Virus record (IMG/VR): IMGVR_UViG_2772190774_000001
Span: 9,673 to 73,672 of that record
Length of the DNA stretch: 64,000 nucleotides
Direction: 5' to 3' (one strand)
From: a virus
Lineage: Duplodnaviria > Caudoviricetes
Positions 16,211 through 25,163 of the stretch are shown piece by piece (position 1 is the first letter of the stretch; each line of letters begins with the position of its first letter). The notes beneath the pieces are model-generated. The model saw only the letters and a list, made by a program, of their open reading frames with translations. It was not told the origin of the DNA and searched no databases. Made by a program: the position numbers and the translations under genes.

Positions 16211-18190
16211 TCACGCTGTCGTGGAGTCGGTCACGAGACCGAGCGCTGCGAGTGCTGTTCGGATCGCTGCCACTGACGTCGGTTCTCCGGTCCTGGAGTA
16301 GGTGAGTGAGGGGCGGGCGACCGGTGAGGTGTTGTAGAACCCCAGGCTCGATCCGAGGTGCCGGAGCGTCGCGCCGACGTGGAAGGAGTCGTCGGTCTTC
16401 AACGTGTCCGCGGCGGGCCTGTAGAGGTTCGTGTCGGCCGTTGTGCCATCGCCGAACGTCAGGGTCCCGGACGAGCTTGCGGAGGCGTCCACGGCAAGCC
16501 TGGCCACGGTGTCCCCCGTCAGGCGGAAGTCGAGCGCCCGCTTGCCGGTGGTTGGTGTCTCGACGGCCATCACAGCGATCGTGGCCGTTCCTGCTGCTGT
16601 GGCCTTGGCGAGGAGCACCTGGTTGGTCCCGGCGCCCTCAGCGTGGAACTGGGCGCTCTGCAGGCTGCTGCTGCCGACCGTGGCCCGGGTGGCCACGACC
16701 AGCGAGTCATCCGTCTTCAGGGTGTCGGCGGCCCCGCGGTACAGGTTGGTGTCCCCCGCCGCGGTCCCCGATCCCCAGGTGTGCGCGCCGGACGCGTCGA
16801 TGAGGAGCCTGCGCTGGGAGTCCCCCGACGCGTCAAGGGCGACCAGGGAGGTCGTCCCGGCCGCGCCCTGCACATGCAACGGGTTGGCCGGGGAGGTGGT
16901 GCCGATACCGACCCGGGCGTTCGCCTCGTCCAATGCGAGCGACGCCGACCCGATGAGGACCTTCCCCTTCGTCGCGTTCGACGTGCTCGACAGGGTCAGG
17001 GTGCCCGCCGAGCCGGTCCCGCCGCGGACCGTCGGCGCCTGCACCGCCACCCCAGACGTGAAGGTGTCGTCCGTGGACAGGATGTCCGCGCCGCCGCGGT
17101 AGAGGTTGACGTCCGCCGTTGTGCCGTTGCCCCAGGTGATGGTGCCGGAGCCGGAGCCGGCCGACCCGTCCACACTCAACCTAGCAACGCTGTCCCCGGT
17201 GACGCGGTAGTCGAAGGCCCGCTTCGAGGCGCCCGAGGTCTCGACGGCGAGCACACCCTTGGCCGCGGTGCCTGTGGCGGTGGCCTTCACCAGCAGGCCC
17301 GCGTTGCTGCCGGTCGTGGCGACGGTCACCACGTCCGAGCCGACGGTCGTGCCAACCGCGAGGCGGGTGCCGACTACGAGGGAGTCGTCGGTGGTGAGCT
17401 CGTCCAGACCCGACCGGTACAAGGTGGTGTCCCCTGTGCTGGACCCACTGCCCCAGGTGTGTTTGCCGGAGGCGTCCACGACCAGACGCGGCTGCGTGTC
17501 CCCCGACGCCCTCGTGTTGAGGGCCGTGGTGGTGCCTGTAGCGACGAGGACCTCGAACGTGTCATCCGTCCGCAGGGTGTTCGCGGTCGACCGGTAGAGA
17601 GTGGTGTCCGCTACGGCGCTACCGGAGCCCAGCGAGATCGCCCCCGACGCCCGCACCACCAGCCGAGGCTGGGCGTCCCCCGCGGCCCTCGCCTGCAGCA
17701 CCACGCCTGCAAAGGAGCTGGCTTCGAGTTCAAGCATGCCGGTCATGGTGGACCCGGCCCGCTGCACATACAGGTCGGACAGGTCGACCACACCGGTACG
17801 GCCCTCAACGGAGATGACGCCGTTGATTTCCTCGATGGGCTGGTCGGGGACCAGGCCGGTGCGGATGTCCCCGACGAAGTACGGGCCGAGCGTGGCGGGG
17901 ACGCCGATGTAGTACACGTGCGGGCGGCCGAGGTCGTCATTGAAGCCCTCCACCACGCGGTAGACGGTGTCGCCCCACGGGGAGTAGATGCGGGCGTTGC
18001 CGACGAGGTTCACGCTCCAGGTGCCGTCCGGGTTCGGCTGCACCCGCGTGGTCAGCGTGACCTCCTCATCAGCGTCCGTCGACCAGCCGGGGCGGACCGT
18101 GCCGTCCAACCCGACCAGGGTGATCTCCACCTTCGGTGGGGTGCCGGTCCCCCCGGCCGGGCCCATGGATCTGCCGTACACGATCGGCAT
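16211..18190 (-). CDS. tail fibre-like protein with five DTxLYRxxADxLxTDDxF/L repeats
   Basis: G/T/S-rich, repeats visible, follows the tape measure gene. Confidence 0.8.
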   Translation of the reverse strand: MPIVYGRSMGPAGGTGTPPKVEITLVGLDGTVRPGWSTDADEEVTLTTRVQPNPDGTWSVNLVGNARIYSPWGDTVYRVVEGFNDDLGRPHVYYIGVPATLGPYFVGDIRTGLVPDQPIEEINGVISVEGRTGVVDLSDLYVQRAGSTMTGMLELEASSFAGVVLQARAAGDAQPRLVVRASGAISLGSGSAVADTTLYRSTANTLRTDDTFEVLVATGTTTALNTRASGDTQPRLVVDASGKHTWGSGSSTGDTTLYRSGLDELTTDDSLVVGTRLAVGTTVGSDVVTVATTGSNAGLLVKATATGTAAKGVLAVETSGASKRAFDYRVTGDSVARLSVDGSAGSGSGTITWGNGTTADVNLYRGGADILSTDDTFTSGVAVQAPTVRGGTGSAGTLTLSSTSNATKGKVLIGSASLALDEANARVGIGTTSPANPLHVQGAAGTTSLVALDASGDSQRRLLIDASGAHTWGSGTAAGDTNLYRGAADTLKTDDSLVVATRATVGSSSLQSAQFHAEGAGTNQVLLAKATAAGTATIAVMAVETPTTGKRALDFRLTGDTVARLAVDASASSSGTLTFGDGTTADTNLYRPAADTLKTDDSFHVGATLRHLGSSLGFYNTSPVARPSLTYSRTGEPTSVAAIRTALAALGLVTDSTTA

Positions 18191-21100
18191 CAGGCGTACT
18201 CCATCTCAACTTGCCGCAGGGCCTCGCGCAGGCTCAGCACCAGGGATCTCGTCATGGCCGTCGGGTTAGTGAAGTCCAGGACTCCGTTGACGTTGATGTC
18301 ACCGGTGAAGGTGATCGACCGACCCGCGGAAACAGGGGCAGCAACGGGTGCGGCCATTGCTGAGGCGGCGAACCCGGCGGGGGTCACACCGACCGGGCTG
18401 GCGGCGGCGCCGATCACGCTCTGGGCCGCAGAGTGGACCGCCCCCACCCCCGAGGTCAGGCCCCGGGCCAAGCCCTGCGCGATCGACTGACCGGAATACT
18501 CCACCCAGCCCCTGCCGCTGAACGGGCCCTCCTTCGCCGGCGAGAACGGAAACAGCGACCGGATCTTGCCAAGGATGTCGGATGCGGCGTTGTAGGCGTC
18601 CTGCAGCATCGAGTACAAACCGTTGATCAGGCCTTGGATCAGCGACCGGCCCGAGTCGTACAGCATGTTTCCCAGGTTGCCGATGGCGTCCCTAATCCGG
18701 CCCGGGATACCGCGGACCGCGTCGAGCATGCTGTTGATGCCGTTGCTGACCCCGTTGCGGATGTTGTTCCAGGCGTCTCCGAGGAAGTTCGAGACGGAGT
18801 CCCAGCCCCGGTGCCAGGTGTCTTGCACGCTGGACAGGGCGCTGCTGATCGCGCCCCGAACGTCGCTGACTGCCCGGTCGATCGCACTGCGGATGTTCGA
18901 CCAGGTCCGCGACACAAAGTCGGAGACGCTGTCCCAGGCCCGGTTCCAGCCGGAGGAGATGTCCGACAGGGTGCTGTTGATGCTGTTGCGGACGTTGCCG
19001 ATCGCGTCGTTCACCCAGTTCTTGATGTTCGACCAGGTGCTAGACAGAGTGTTGCCGATCGAGTTCCAGCCGCTGTTCCAGTTGGACGAGATCCCGGACA
19101 GGAAGCCGCTGATCCCGGACTGGATGGCGTTCGTCGCGTTAGAGACGGCACCGGTAATGGTGTTCCAGGTCGACGTGAGCAGGTCCTTCGCCCCGGTCCA
19201 CATCGTGCCCCATTTGTCCCCGATGTCCGACAGCCACCCGCCGACGCTGATCCTGAGCTGCTCCAGGATTCCGGTGAGAAGCCCCCGTATGGCTTCCCAT
19301 GTGCCGGAGAACATTTGCTTGACCCCGTCCCAGGCGCGCTGCCAGTCTCCGGTGATCAAGCCGAGGGCAAGGTTGATGACTCCCTTGATGTAGTTCATGG
19401 CGCCATCGATGACCTGGAGAAGGGCCCCGAACATCGTTCCGATGGTGTCGAGCAGTGGGCCGCCGAAGGTGTCCCAGGCGATGCTGATGAGCTGGAACGC
19501 GCCGGAGATGATCTGACCGGCGTTGTTGATGATCGAGATGATCCGGTCGCCCCACTGCTGCACGGTGCCCTGGTTGTTCTGGAACCAGACGATGATGTCG
19601 CTGACGATCTTGCTGATCAGGTCGCCGATCTGCTGGAAGATCGGCATCGCGTTGTCCCGGACCGTCATGATCACCCGCGACAGCCACGAGTCCTCCGACA
19701 GTCCCTTCCCGGTCAGCCAGTCCACGGCCTGCTGAATCCAGCCGACCAGCGTGCTCAGGCCGGGCGCCACATAGTTCGTGACCACGCTGGCGAGGGCCGT
19801 CAGGATCGGCCCAGCCAGTTCGACAAGGGCGGGCAGCAGAGGAGCCACCGCGATCAGAATGTCCGCCAAGGCCATGGCGATGTCGTCCAGGGCGCCCGAG
19901 TCGGCCAGCTTCTGTACGGCCAGGCCGAGACTGTCGAACACGGCGATGATCCCCGGCGCAAGCTTGGCCAGGGCAGGCGCGAGCGCCTCGACCGCGCTAG
20001 CAAGGACCGGACCGACCGCCACTGCAATATCTGCGATCTTGGGTGCGAGTACGGCGACCGCACCCACCAGAGCCTCGAACACCGGCATCAACGCCAAGCC
20101 GATCCGGTGCAGCGACTGGAAGATCTCTACCAGGACCTGCTGGCCCTTCGCCGAGTTGACCCACTTGTTCATGCCGTCGAGCAGAGTGCCGAGGATCCCG
20201 AGGGCCCCGGTGCCGGCGTCGCGGGCCGCCTTGAAGATCCCGTCGAAGATGCCCCAGAGGTCCTTGCCGACGCCCCACACCTGCCGCAGCACGTCGACGG
20301 CGTCGTCCAGCCATTTCATGGCCTGACCGGACTCGGAGATCTTGGACATCCACTGGCCGAAGGTGGTCAGAGAGTCCGTGAGTCCGCTCCGGAAGGACGC
20401 CAGCCAGTTCGACCCGACCACCGAGAGGTCGAGGAACCCGCGCAGCAGCGGCTGCAGCGCCTGCCACACCGCACCCAGCAGGCCGCGGGTGTTTTCCAGG
20501 ATCGTGTTGAGCTTGACGACGCTCTCCTGTGCGGAGAAGAAGTCGAGCGCCGTGCGGACCATCCCGCCGAGAGCTGCGGCGATGTCCGCCAGCGCGGGCT
20601 TCAGCCCACCCAACGCGCTGGCCCAGACCTGCAGCCTGCCCTCAAGCTGGAAGAAGAACGCGTCCTGCGCCGCCGCCTGGAACGACTTGAACGCGGGCAA
20701 CGCTTTCTCGAACTCGCCCACGAATGCTTTGGCGGATGGGGTCAGCTTCGCCATCGCTTCTTCGAGGGCTTTGCCGTCGCCGGACCACACGGCGGCCATC
20801 GCCGAACCGACCCCGTAGGTCGCGAGTTTCCACGCGCCGAGCGCTGTGACGCCGGTCATCAGCAACCCGGGCAGGCCGGCCAGCAACCCGCTCACCGGCA
20901 ACAGCTCAGCGGCCAGAGCTGTCACGTACCCGGCGCTGCTCGCGGCGGCGCCCCCCACGGCGGCGATCCCTCCGGCGAGGGTCGCCAACCCCATGGACTT
21001 CGTCAGGGCCGACCCAAGACCGGAGAACGCGCCGAGAAGCCGCCCCCCAATTCCACCCATCGAGGAGAGAAGACCGTCAGAGACGCCATCGCCGATGTCT

Positions 21101-21516
21101 TTGCCGTGGCGCCGCCCACGCTCCCGACCACCTTGCATCTTCCGGTCGAGCCCGCGGTTGAACCCGTCCCCAACCGACTCGCCCAACGCTTCAGACTCGG
21201 AGACGAACCGGCCCTCTTCGTCATGCCAGCGGCCATTAGCGTCGATGCTGAACCGCCGCCCAAACGCCTGACCTGCGGCTGCCCCGGAAGCGTCGCCGAT
21301 CCGCTGGCCGACCGCGACGAATGGCGAACCGTCGTCGCCGAACTTGACGGCGCCCTCTTCGGCCATCCGCTGGCCGAACCTGCCGCCAGCCTCAGTCCCG
21401 GCAGTGTCGAAGTCGCGGTCGCCGCGGATCGCGTCGCGGACTTCCCGCCCGACACGATCCTGCCCGCGGGCGTGGATCTCTACGTACGCGTCTGCTATGC
21501 GGAACCCGTCAGGCAT
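18190..21516 (-). CDS. tape measure protein
   Basis: 1108 aa, Ala/Gly-rich, 11-residue Trp repeats, PAKEGPFSG motif. Confidence 0.95.
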   Translation of the reverse strand: MPDGFRIADAYVEIHARGQDRVGREVRDAIRGDRDFDTAGTEAGGRFGQRMAEEGAVKFGDDGSPFVAVGQRIGDASGAAAGQAFGRRFSIDANGRWHDEEGRFVSESEALGESVGDGFNRGLDRKMQGGRERGRRHGKDIGDGVSDGLLSSMGGIGGRLLGAFSGLGSALTKSMGLATLAGGIAAVGGAAASSAGYVTALAAELLPVSGLLAGLPGLLMTGVTALGAWKLATYGVGSAMAAVWSGDGKALEEAMAKLTPSAKAFVGEFEKALPAFKSFQAAAQDAFFFQLEGRLQVWASALGGLKPALADIAAALGGMVRTALDFFSAQESVVKLNTILENTRGLLGAVWQALQPLLRGFLDLSVVGSNWLASFRSGLTDSLTTFGQWMSKISESGQAMKWLDDAVDVLRQVWGVGKDLWGIFDGIFKAARDAGTGALGILGTLLDGMNKWVNSAKGQQVLVEIFQSLHRIGLALMPVFEALVGAVAVLAPKIADIAVAVGPVLASAVEALAPALAKLAPGIIAVFDSLGLAVQKLADSGALDDIAMALADILIAVAPLLPALVELAGPILTALASVVTNYVAPGLSTLVGWIQQAVDWLTGKGLSEDSWLSRVIMTVRDNAMPIFQQIGDLISKIVSDIIVWFQNNQGTVQQWGDRIISIINNAGQIISGAFQLISIAWDTFGGPLLDTIGTMFGALLQVIDGAMNYIKGVINLALGLITGDWQRAWDGVKQMFSGTWEAIRGLLTGILEQLRISVGGWLSDIGDKWGTMWTGAKDLLTSTWNTITGAVSNATNAIQSGISGFLSGISSNWNSGWNSIGNTLSSTWSNIKNWVNDAIGNVRNSINSTLSDISSGWNRAWDSVSDFVSRTWSNIRSAIDRAVSDVRGAISSALSSVQDTWHRGWDSVSNFLGDAWNNIRNGVSNGINSMLDAVRGIPGRIRDAIGNLGNMLYDSGRSLIQGLINGLYSMLQDAYNAASDILGKIRSLFPFSPAKEGPFSGRGWVEYSGQSIAQGLARGLTSGVGAVHSAAQSVIGAAASPVGVTPAGFAASAMAAPVAAPVSAGRSITFTGDINVNGVLDFTNPTAMTRSLVLSLREALRQVEMEYA

Positions 21517-22197
21517 GGGCCACCTCGATCAGGTCGCCCATCTCTGCGACCAGGGCGGCACGAGTCGAGGGCACCTCACGCCGCTCCCCTTGTGTGGGGG
21601 CGGTGGGGCCCTGCTGCTCTGCTGCCATGCGTGCCGCCATCACCCCTCCGTAAGCGGGCACCCGGTGCGCCAACCGGAAGAAGGTCGGCGCGTCGAGGTC
21701 GTCAATCGCGAGCGGGCATCCCAGGCCGATCCCGTAGAAGACCAGGAAGTCGGCTTCGAGGTCGTCGAGGTAGTCGAGGACCCAGATGACCTGGGAGACC
21801 CGCGTCAGCCGTTTCCCGCGCGCTGCTGCTCCGCCTGCCCGAGCACGTGGTCCCGGACGATCGCCATGACCTGGTTGAGCTGGTCGACGGTGAGCTGGTC
21901 GTACTCCATGAGCGCCTCGTACGCCTCAGCGCCGAGGACCTCTTCGAGCAGCCAGGCTTCGGCGACGTCGCTGCCCTGGGTGCGGACCATGCGCAGGTAC
22001 TTCAGGGCGATGTTCGTGCCGATCCGGGCGGGCATGCCGTACTCGACGTCGTCGATGCTGAACAGCGGCACCTTCTCCACCTCGGCGGGCGCGGCCGTGG
22101 TGGTGAGGCGGACGATGTTCGGGGTGCCCTCGTCTCGGACGGCGGTGACCGCGCGGGGGCGGGTCTTGCCCTTGGTGGTGGTGCGGGGGGCAGCCAT
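21509..22197 (-). CDS. tail assembly chaperone GT (-1 frameshift product)
   Basis: slippery G GGA AAC at 21817-21811; the -1 frame stays open to a TGA overlapping the TMP start. Confidence 0.85.
21805..22197 (-). CDS. tail assembly chaperone G
   Basis: between major tail and TMP genes. Confidence 0.9.
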   Translation of the reverse strand: MAAPRTTTKGKTRPRAVTAVRDEGTPNIVRLTTTAAPAEVEKVPLFSIDDVEYGMPARIGTNIALKYLRMVRTQGSDVAEAWLLEEVLGAEAYEALMEYDQLTVDQLNQVMAIVRDHVLGQAEQQRAGNG

Positions 22198-22766
22198 CAG
22201 GCGTCCACCTCGTCCACGATCTTGAAGGGCTTGATGGAGGGCGACACGTAGTGCGTGGCCAGGCCCACCTCGTAGACGGTCTGGTCTTCCTTCTTGTAGG
22301 CGAACTTCACGCCCTCGACGTTGAGGACCTTCCGGGCGATGATCCGGCGTCGCAGCCCGCCGGGGGCGTACCCGTCGAGCATCACCGCCGAGTAGGTGGG
22401 CTGCGTCGCCGCGCTGCTGTCGTCCGGCTCCAGCGACTCGAACCCGCTGCCGGTCGTCACACCGCCGGTCGCGCCGTTCAGCGCCCAGCTCAGACGCTCC
22501 AGCGTCGGCTCGGCGAGCTTCGTCTTCAGCGTCGCCTCACGCTTGGTCATCCGGCGGGCGGGGATGTCCACGATCTGGTCGACGACGAGCTCCTTGTACT
22601 CCTGGGTGATCTCCAGCTCGATGCCGTCCATCGTGCCGCCCATGTCCGTCCAGGCGGACGCGGACGGTGCGGTGTTGATGGCGGTGTCGGCCGGCTCGGT
22701 CGCGCCGAACGGGGCGGTGTAGATGTCCGCCGGGCCCTGTGTGAGGTTGGTCGTGGTGACAGCCAT
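22197..22766 (-). CDS. major tail (tube) protein
   Basis: 189 aa; WTDMGGTMDGIELE..VDQ typical of actinophage tube proteins; position. Confidence 0.9.
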   Translation of the reverse strand: MAVTTTNLTQGPADIYTAPFGATEPADTAINTAPSASAWTDMGGTMDGIELEITQEYKELVVDQIVDIPARRMTKREATLKTKLAEPTLERLSWALNGATGGVTTGSGFESLEPDDSSAATQPTYSAVMLDGYAPGGLRRRIIARKVLNVEGVKFAYKKEDQTVYEVGLATHYVSPSIKPFKIVDEVDA

Positions 22767-22769
22767 CGC

Positions 22770-22967
22770 CTAGCTCTCCTTGCTGGTGTCGGTGGCGGGC
22801 TTCTGCTTGGGTGCCCTGGACGCGGGCTGGTCTGCCGCGTTCGTGGCGATGCGGACCTGCTCATCCGCGGGGTTGGGCAGGAGCAGTCCCTGCCGCTTGA
22901 GGTCGAGGTACTCGCCCTCGGATACGTCCAGCTCGCGGCCGGGTTCGATGGTTGTGCGGACCTTCAC
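22770..22967 (-). CDS. small neck-region protein
   Basis: GTGA overlap; KVRTTIEP..LDVSEGEYLDLKRQGLL. Confidence 0.7.
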   Translation of the reverse strand: MKVRTTIEPGRELDVSEGEYLDLKRQGLLLPNPADEQVRIATNAADQPASRAPKQKPATDTSKES

Positions 22968-23173
22968 CGGAAGTCCTCCTTGCGTAGCGGCCACCGGACG
23001 GGGGCCATGTCGGGGTGCTCGGCAACGGGCAGGGTGGGGAGGTCGCCGGTGTAGGGGACGACCCTCTCGCCGGGGAACAAGTGCTCCAGCTCGCCGCGGT
23101 TGTCGTGGACGAGGACCCGGCCCTGATAGGTGAGCAGTTCACCCGAGACGGAGCCGCGCAGCGCGTACCTCAT
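22964..23173 (-). CDS. small hypothetical protein (69 aa)
   Basis: coupled on both sides. Confidence 0.7.
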   Translation of the reverse strand: MRYALRGSVSGELLTYQGRVLVHDNRGELEHLFPGERVVPYTGDLPTLPVAEHPDMAPVRWPLRKEDFR

Positions 23174-23622
23174 ACGGCCACCCAGAAGAGCTGCAGATCC
23201 AGGCTGTAGCGGGCGAACCGGGCCTCATCGGAGGGGATCCGGCGGGGTTCCGTCAGCACGAAAGCGGACTGCACACGAGCCGCCTGGTAGCCGTCCGACA
23301 GGGTCACCACACGCTGCACCGGCAGGGCGTCATCCACCCCGCCATAGCAGTGCTGGCAGATCCGTTCGGCGAGCTGGTTCGCCTTCCCCCACGGGGGCTT
23401 CGCCCCCGAAGGGTTTGCGGCCCAGCAGTCCACCTGCACCACCGGCTGATGCTGGGGAACGTCCCGGTTCTTGCCGCCGCCGACCACGCTGATCTGCAGG
23501 AACCCATCCGGCCACGCCTTAATGTCCGCGGGCAGGGTGGTGCCGACCGCCCCATCGGGGATTCCCGGGACGCCCTTGAGCCAGGCGACGGCCACGAGCT
23601 CGGTGTGCGGGAGGAAACTCAC
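23170..23622 (-). CDS. tail terminator protein
   Basis: GTG start overlapping the previous stop; VVQVDCWA; position. Confidence 0.8.
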   Translation of the reverse strand: MSFLPHTELVAVAWLKGVPGIPDGAVGTTLPADIKAWPDGFLQISVVGGGKNRDVPQHQPVVQVDCWAANPSGAKPPWGKANQLAERICQHCYGGVDDALPVQRVVTLSDGYQAARVQSAFVLTEPRRIPSDEARFARYSLDLQLFWVAV

Positions 23623-23984
23623 AGGATCCTCCGCAGAAACAAAGCAGGACGTAAGTAAGGCTGCGCGCGGGTTCCGGGGTGGTGGACCACCTTCACCGGA
23701 TGCCTGGCAGTCGGCCAGTGCAGCGCCTTCTTGCTGTTGGGGCGGATGATGTGCGGGCGGGTCCCGAGCTCCACCCACGCCGCGTAGTCCGCGTGGGCGT
23801 GGATCCGCCGCGACGTCGGCCCGATCTTGTGAACCCGGATCGACGACCTCAGGTGCCCGGTGTCGACGGGGGCGAATCGGCGGGCATCAGCGGCGATGTC
23901 ATCAGCGAGGCGATCCATGGCCTTGGCCACGTGCGCCTCAAGCTTCAGCTCCCAGCCGGGGGCCATCACAACGATGACCGCCAT
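23619..23984 (-). CDS. HK97 gp10-like tail completion protein
   Basis: APVDTGHLRSSI, YAAWVELGT, GTRAQPYLRPAL. Confidence 0.9.
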   Translation of the reverse strand: MAVIVVMAPGWELKLEAHVAKAMDRLADDIAADARRFAPVDTGHLRSSIRVHKIGPTSRRIHAHADYAAWVELGTRPHIIRPNSKKALHWPTARHPVKVVHHPGTRAQPYLRPALFLRRIL

Positions 23985-24036
23985 ATGCCCGCCCTCCCTC
24001 TACGTCGGGGCTGCGGGCCGTGAACCGTCTACCGGT

Positions 24037-24372
24037 TCAAGAGTCGACCCGCCGGAGGGTCAGCACTACGTCCGCGGCGCCGACCACGGATGCGGTGCGG
24101 CTGACGGCCTCCACCAGGTAGATCGACCCGGCGCGTTCGTCACGCAAGCGGTCTTGCTCGCGGATGTCGGCGTGGGGGCGGACCCTGCCGGTGACGTAGC
24201 GGACGATGGTGGTTCGGTTCTCGGCGGGGACGAACACCCGCTGGTCGCGTTCGATGAGGGAGATGGGCACCCCGCCCCGGACGGGGGTGTCGGAGTCTGC
24301 GGGGTCGCCGTACTCGTCGGTGGTCTCCCCCCTGAGGACGGCGACGGTGGTGGTGGGGATGAACGCGCTCAC
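24037..24372 (-). CDS. head-to-tail stopper
   Basis: LRGETTDEYGD, DIREQDRLRDER; position. Confidence 0.8.
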   Translation of the reverse strand: MSAFIPTTTVAVLRGETTDEYGDPADSDTPVRGGVPISLIERDQRVFVPAENRTTIVRYVTGRVRPHADIREQDRLRDERAGSIYLVEAVSRTASVVGAADVVLTLRRVDS

Positions 24373-24824
24373 CGCAGGGGCTCCCACACCTGGTGGTCGT
24401 CGTACCACTCCTCAGCGCCGGTCAGCGTGCCCGGGGTGACCCGGCCACGGACGGCGAAGGCCTGGTCGGGGGTGAGCGGCTGCAACGTCCGGCTTTTCCG
24501 CCAGCTCAGCTTGTTGATGCAGCGCTTCGCCAACGGAGCGAGGACGTGCGCGTCGGGGTCGTCCTTGCTGTACTGCACGCCGTCCTGCACCACCTGCGTC
24601 ACGTCCATGCGGCCGGTGACATCGGTCTGCGACGCCATCCACGCCGCCTGGTACGCCTCCGCATACCGCAGCAGCCGCACATCCCGCGGCTTGAGCGAGT
24701 CGACCGCGTCCACGGTGACGCCGGCGAACAGCTCAACGATCGGGTACGCCGCATCTAACGCCCGCTGGTCGAGGGCGGTCCGCGTCCAGGTGCTGGCCTG
24801 ATCGGGTGTCGTCCACGTGCTCAT
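24369..24824 (-). CDS. head-to-tail adaptor
   Basis: 151 aa, helical; position. Confidence 0.75.
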   Translation of the reverse strand: MSTWTTPDQASTWTRTALDQRALDAAYPIVELFAGVTVDAVDSLKPRDVRLLRYAEAYQAAWMASQTDVTGRMDVTQVVQDGVQYSKDDPDAHVLAPLAKRCINKLSWRKSRTLQPLTPDQAFAVRGRVTPGTLTGAEEWYDDHQVWEPLR

Positions 24825-25153
24825 ACGTTCACCACCTCAAGGGGGCCGTAGAGGACGGTGTGGCGGGCGCCGCCGTCGATGAGGTCGTACCGCCAGAACG
24901 TCAAATCGGGCGTGATGAGGGTGCCGTCAATCGTCGCCTCCGCCACCCCAGCCGCGTCGTTGGTGACGACGATCTCCCCGTCGTCGCGGGTCAGGACTAT
25001 CGCGTCCGCATCGTCCTGGTACTCCGTCGTCTTCAGGTACAACTCCAGGTCCGCCCCCGGGTCGATCGCCACGGGCACACCGGAGCGGGTCGCCGCGAGC
25101 TCCACGGTGACGTCGTTCCGCTCGACCAAGCTCAACTTCAGTAGCTGCGCCAA
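24821..25153 (-). CDS. Ig/BppU-like beta-sandwich virion protein
   Basis: LELYLK, FWRYDLID..HTVLYGPLEV. Confidence 0.6.
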   Translation of the reverse strand: MAQLLKLSLVERNDVTVELAATRSGVPVAIDPGADLELYLKTTEYQDDADAIVLTRDDGEIVVTNDAAGVAEATIDGTLITPDLTFWRYDLIDGGARHTVLYGPLEVVNV

Positions 25154-25163
25154 TTGCGGCCTC

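Noticed and set aside
11880-18190. Diversity-generating retroelement or invertible tail-fibre cassette
   Set aside because: No reverse transcriptase, no TR/VR pair and no paired inverted recombination sites were seen. The resolvase is about 8 kb away.
18700-19400. Trp-periodic repeats as a novel element
   Set aside because: They are ordinary 11-residue tape measure repeats.
18433-21789. Long plus-strand ORFs (1118 aa here; also 16358..18490, 28500..30710, 50116..51978 and similar)
   Set aside because: Antisense shadow frames of high-GC3 genes, with Arg/Pro/Gly-rich nonsense translations.
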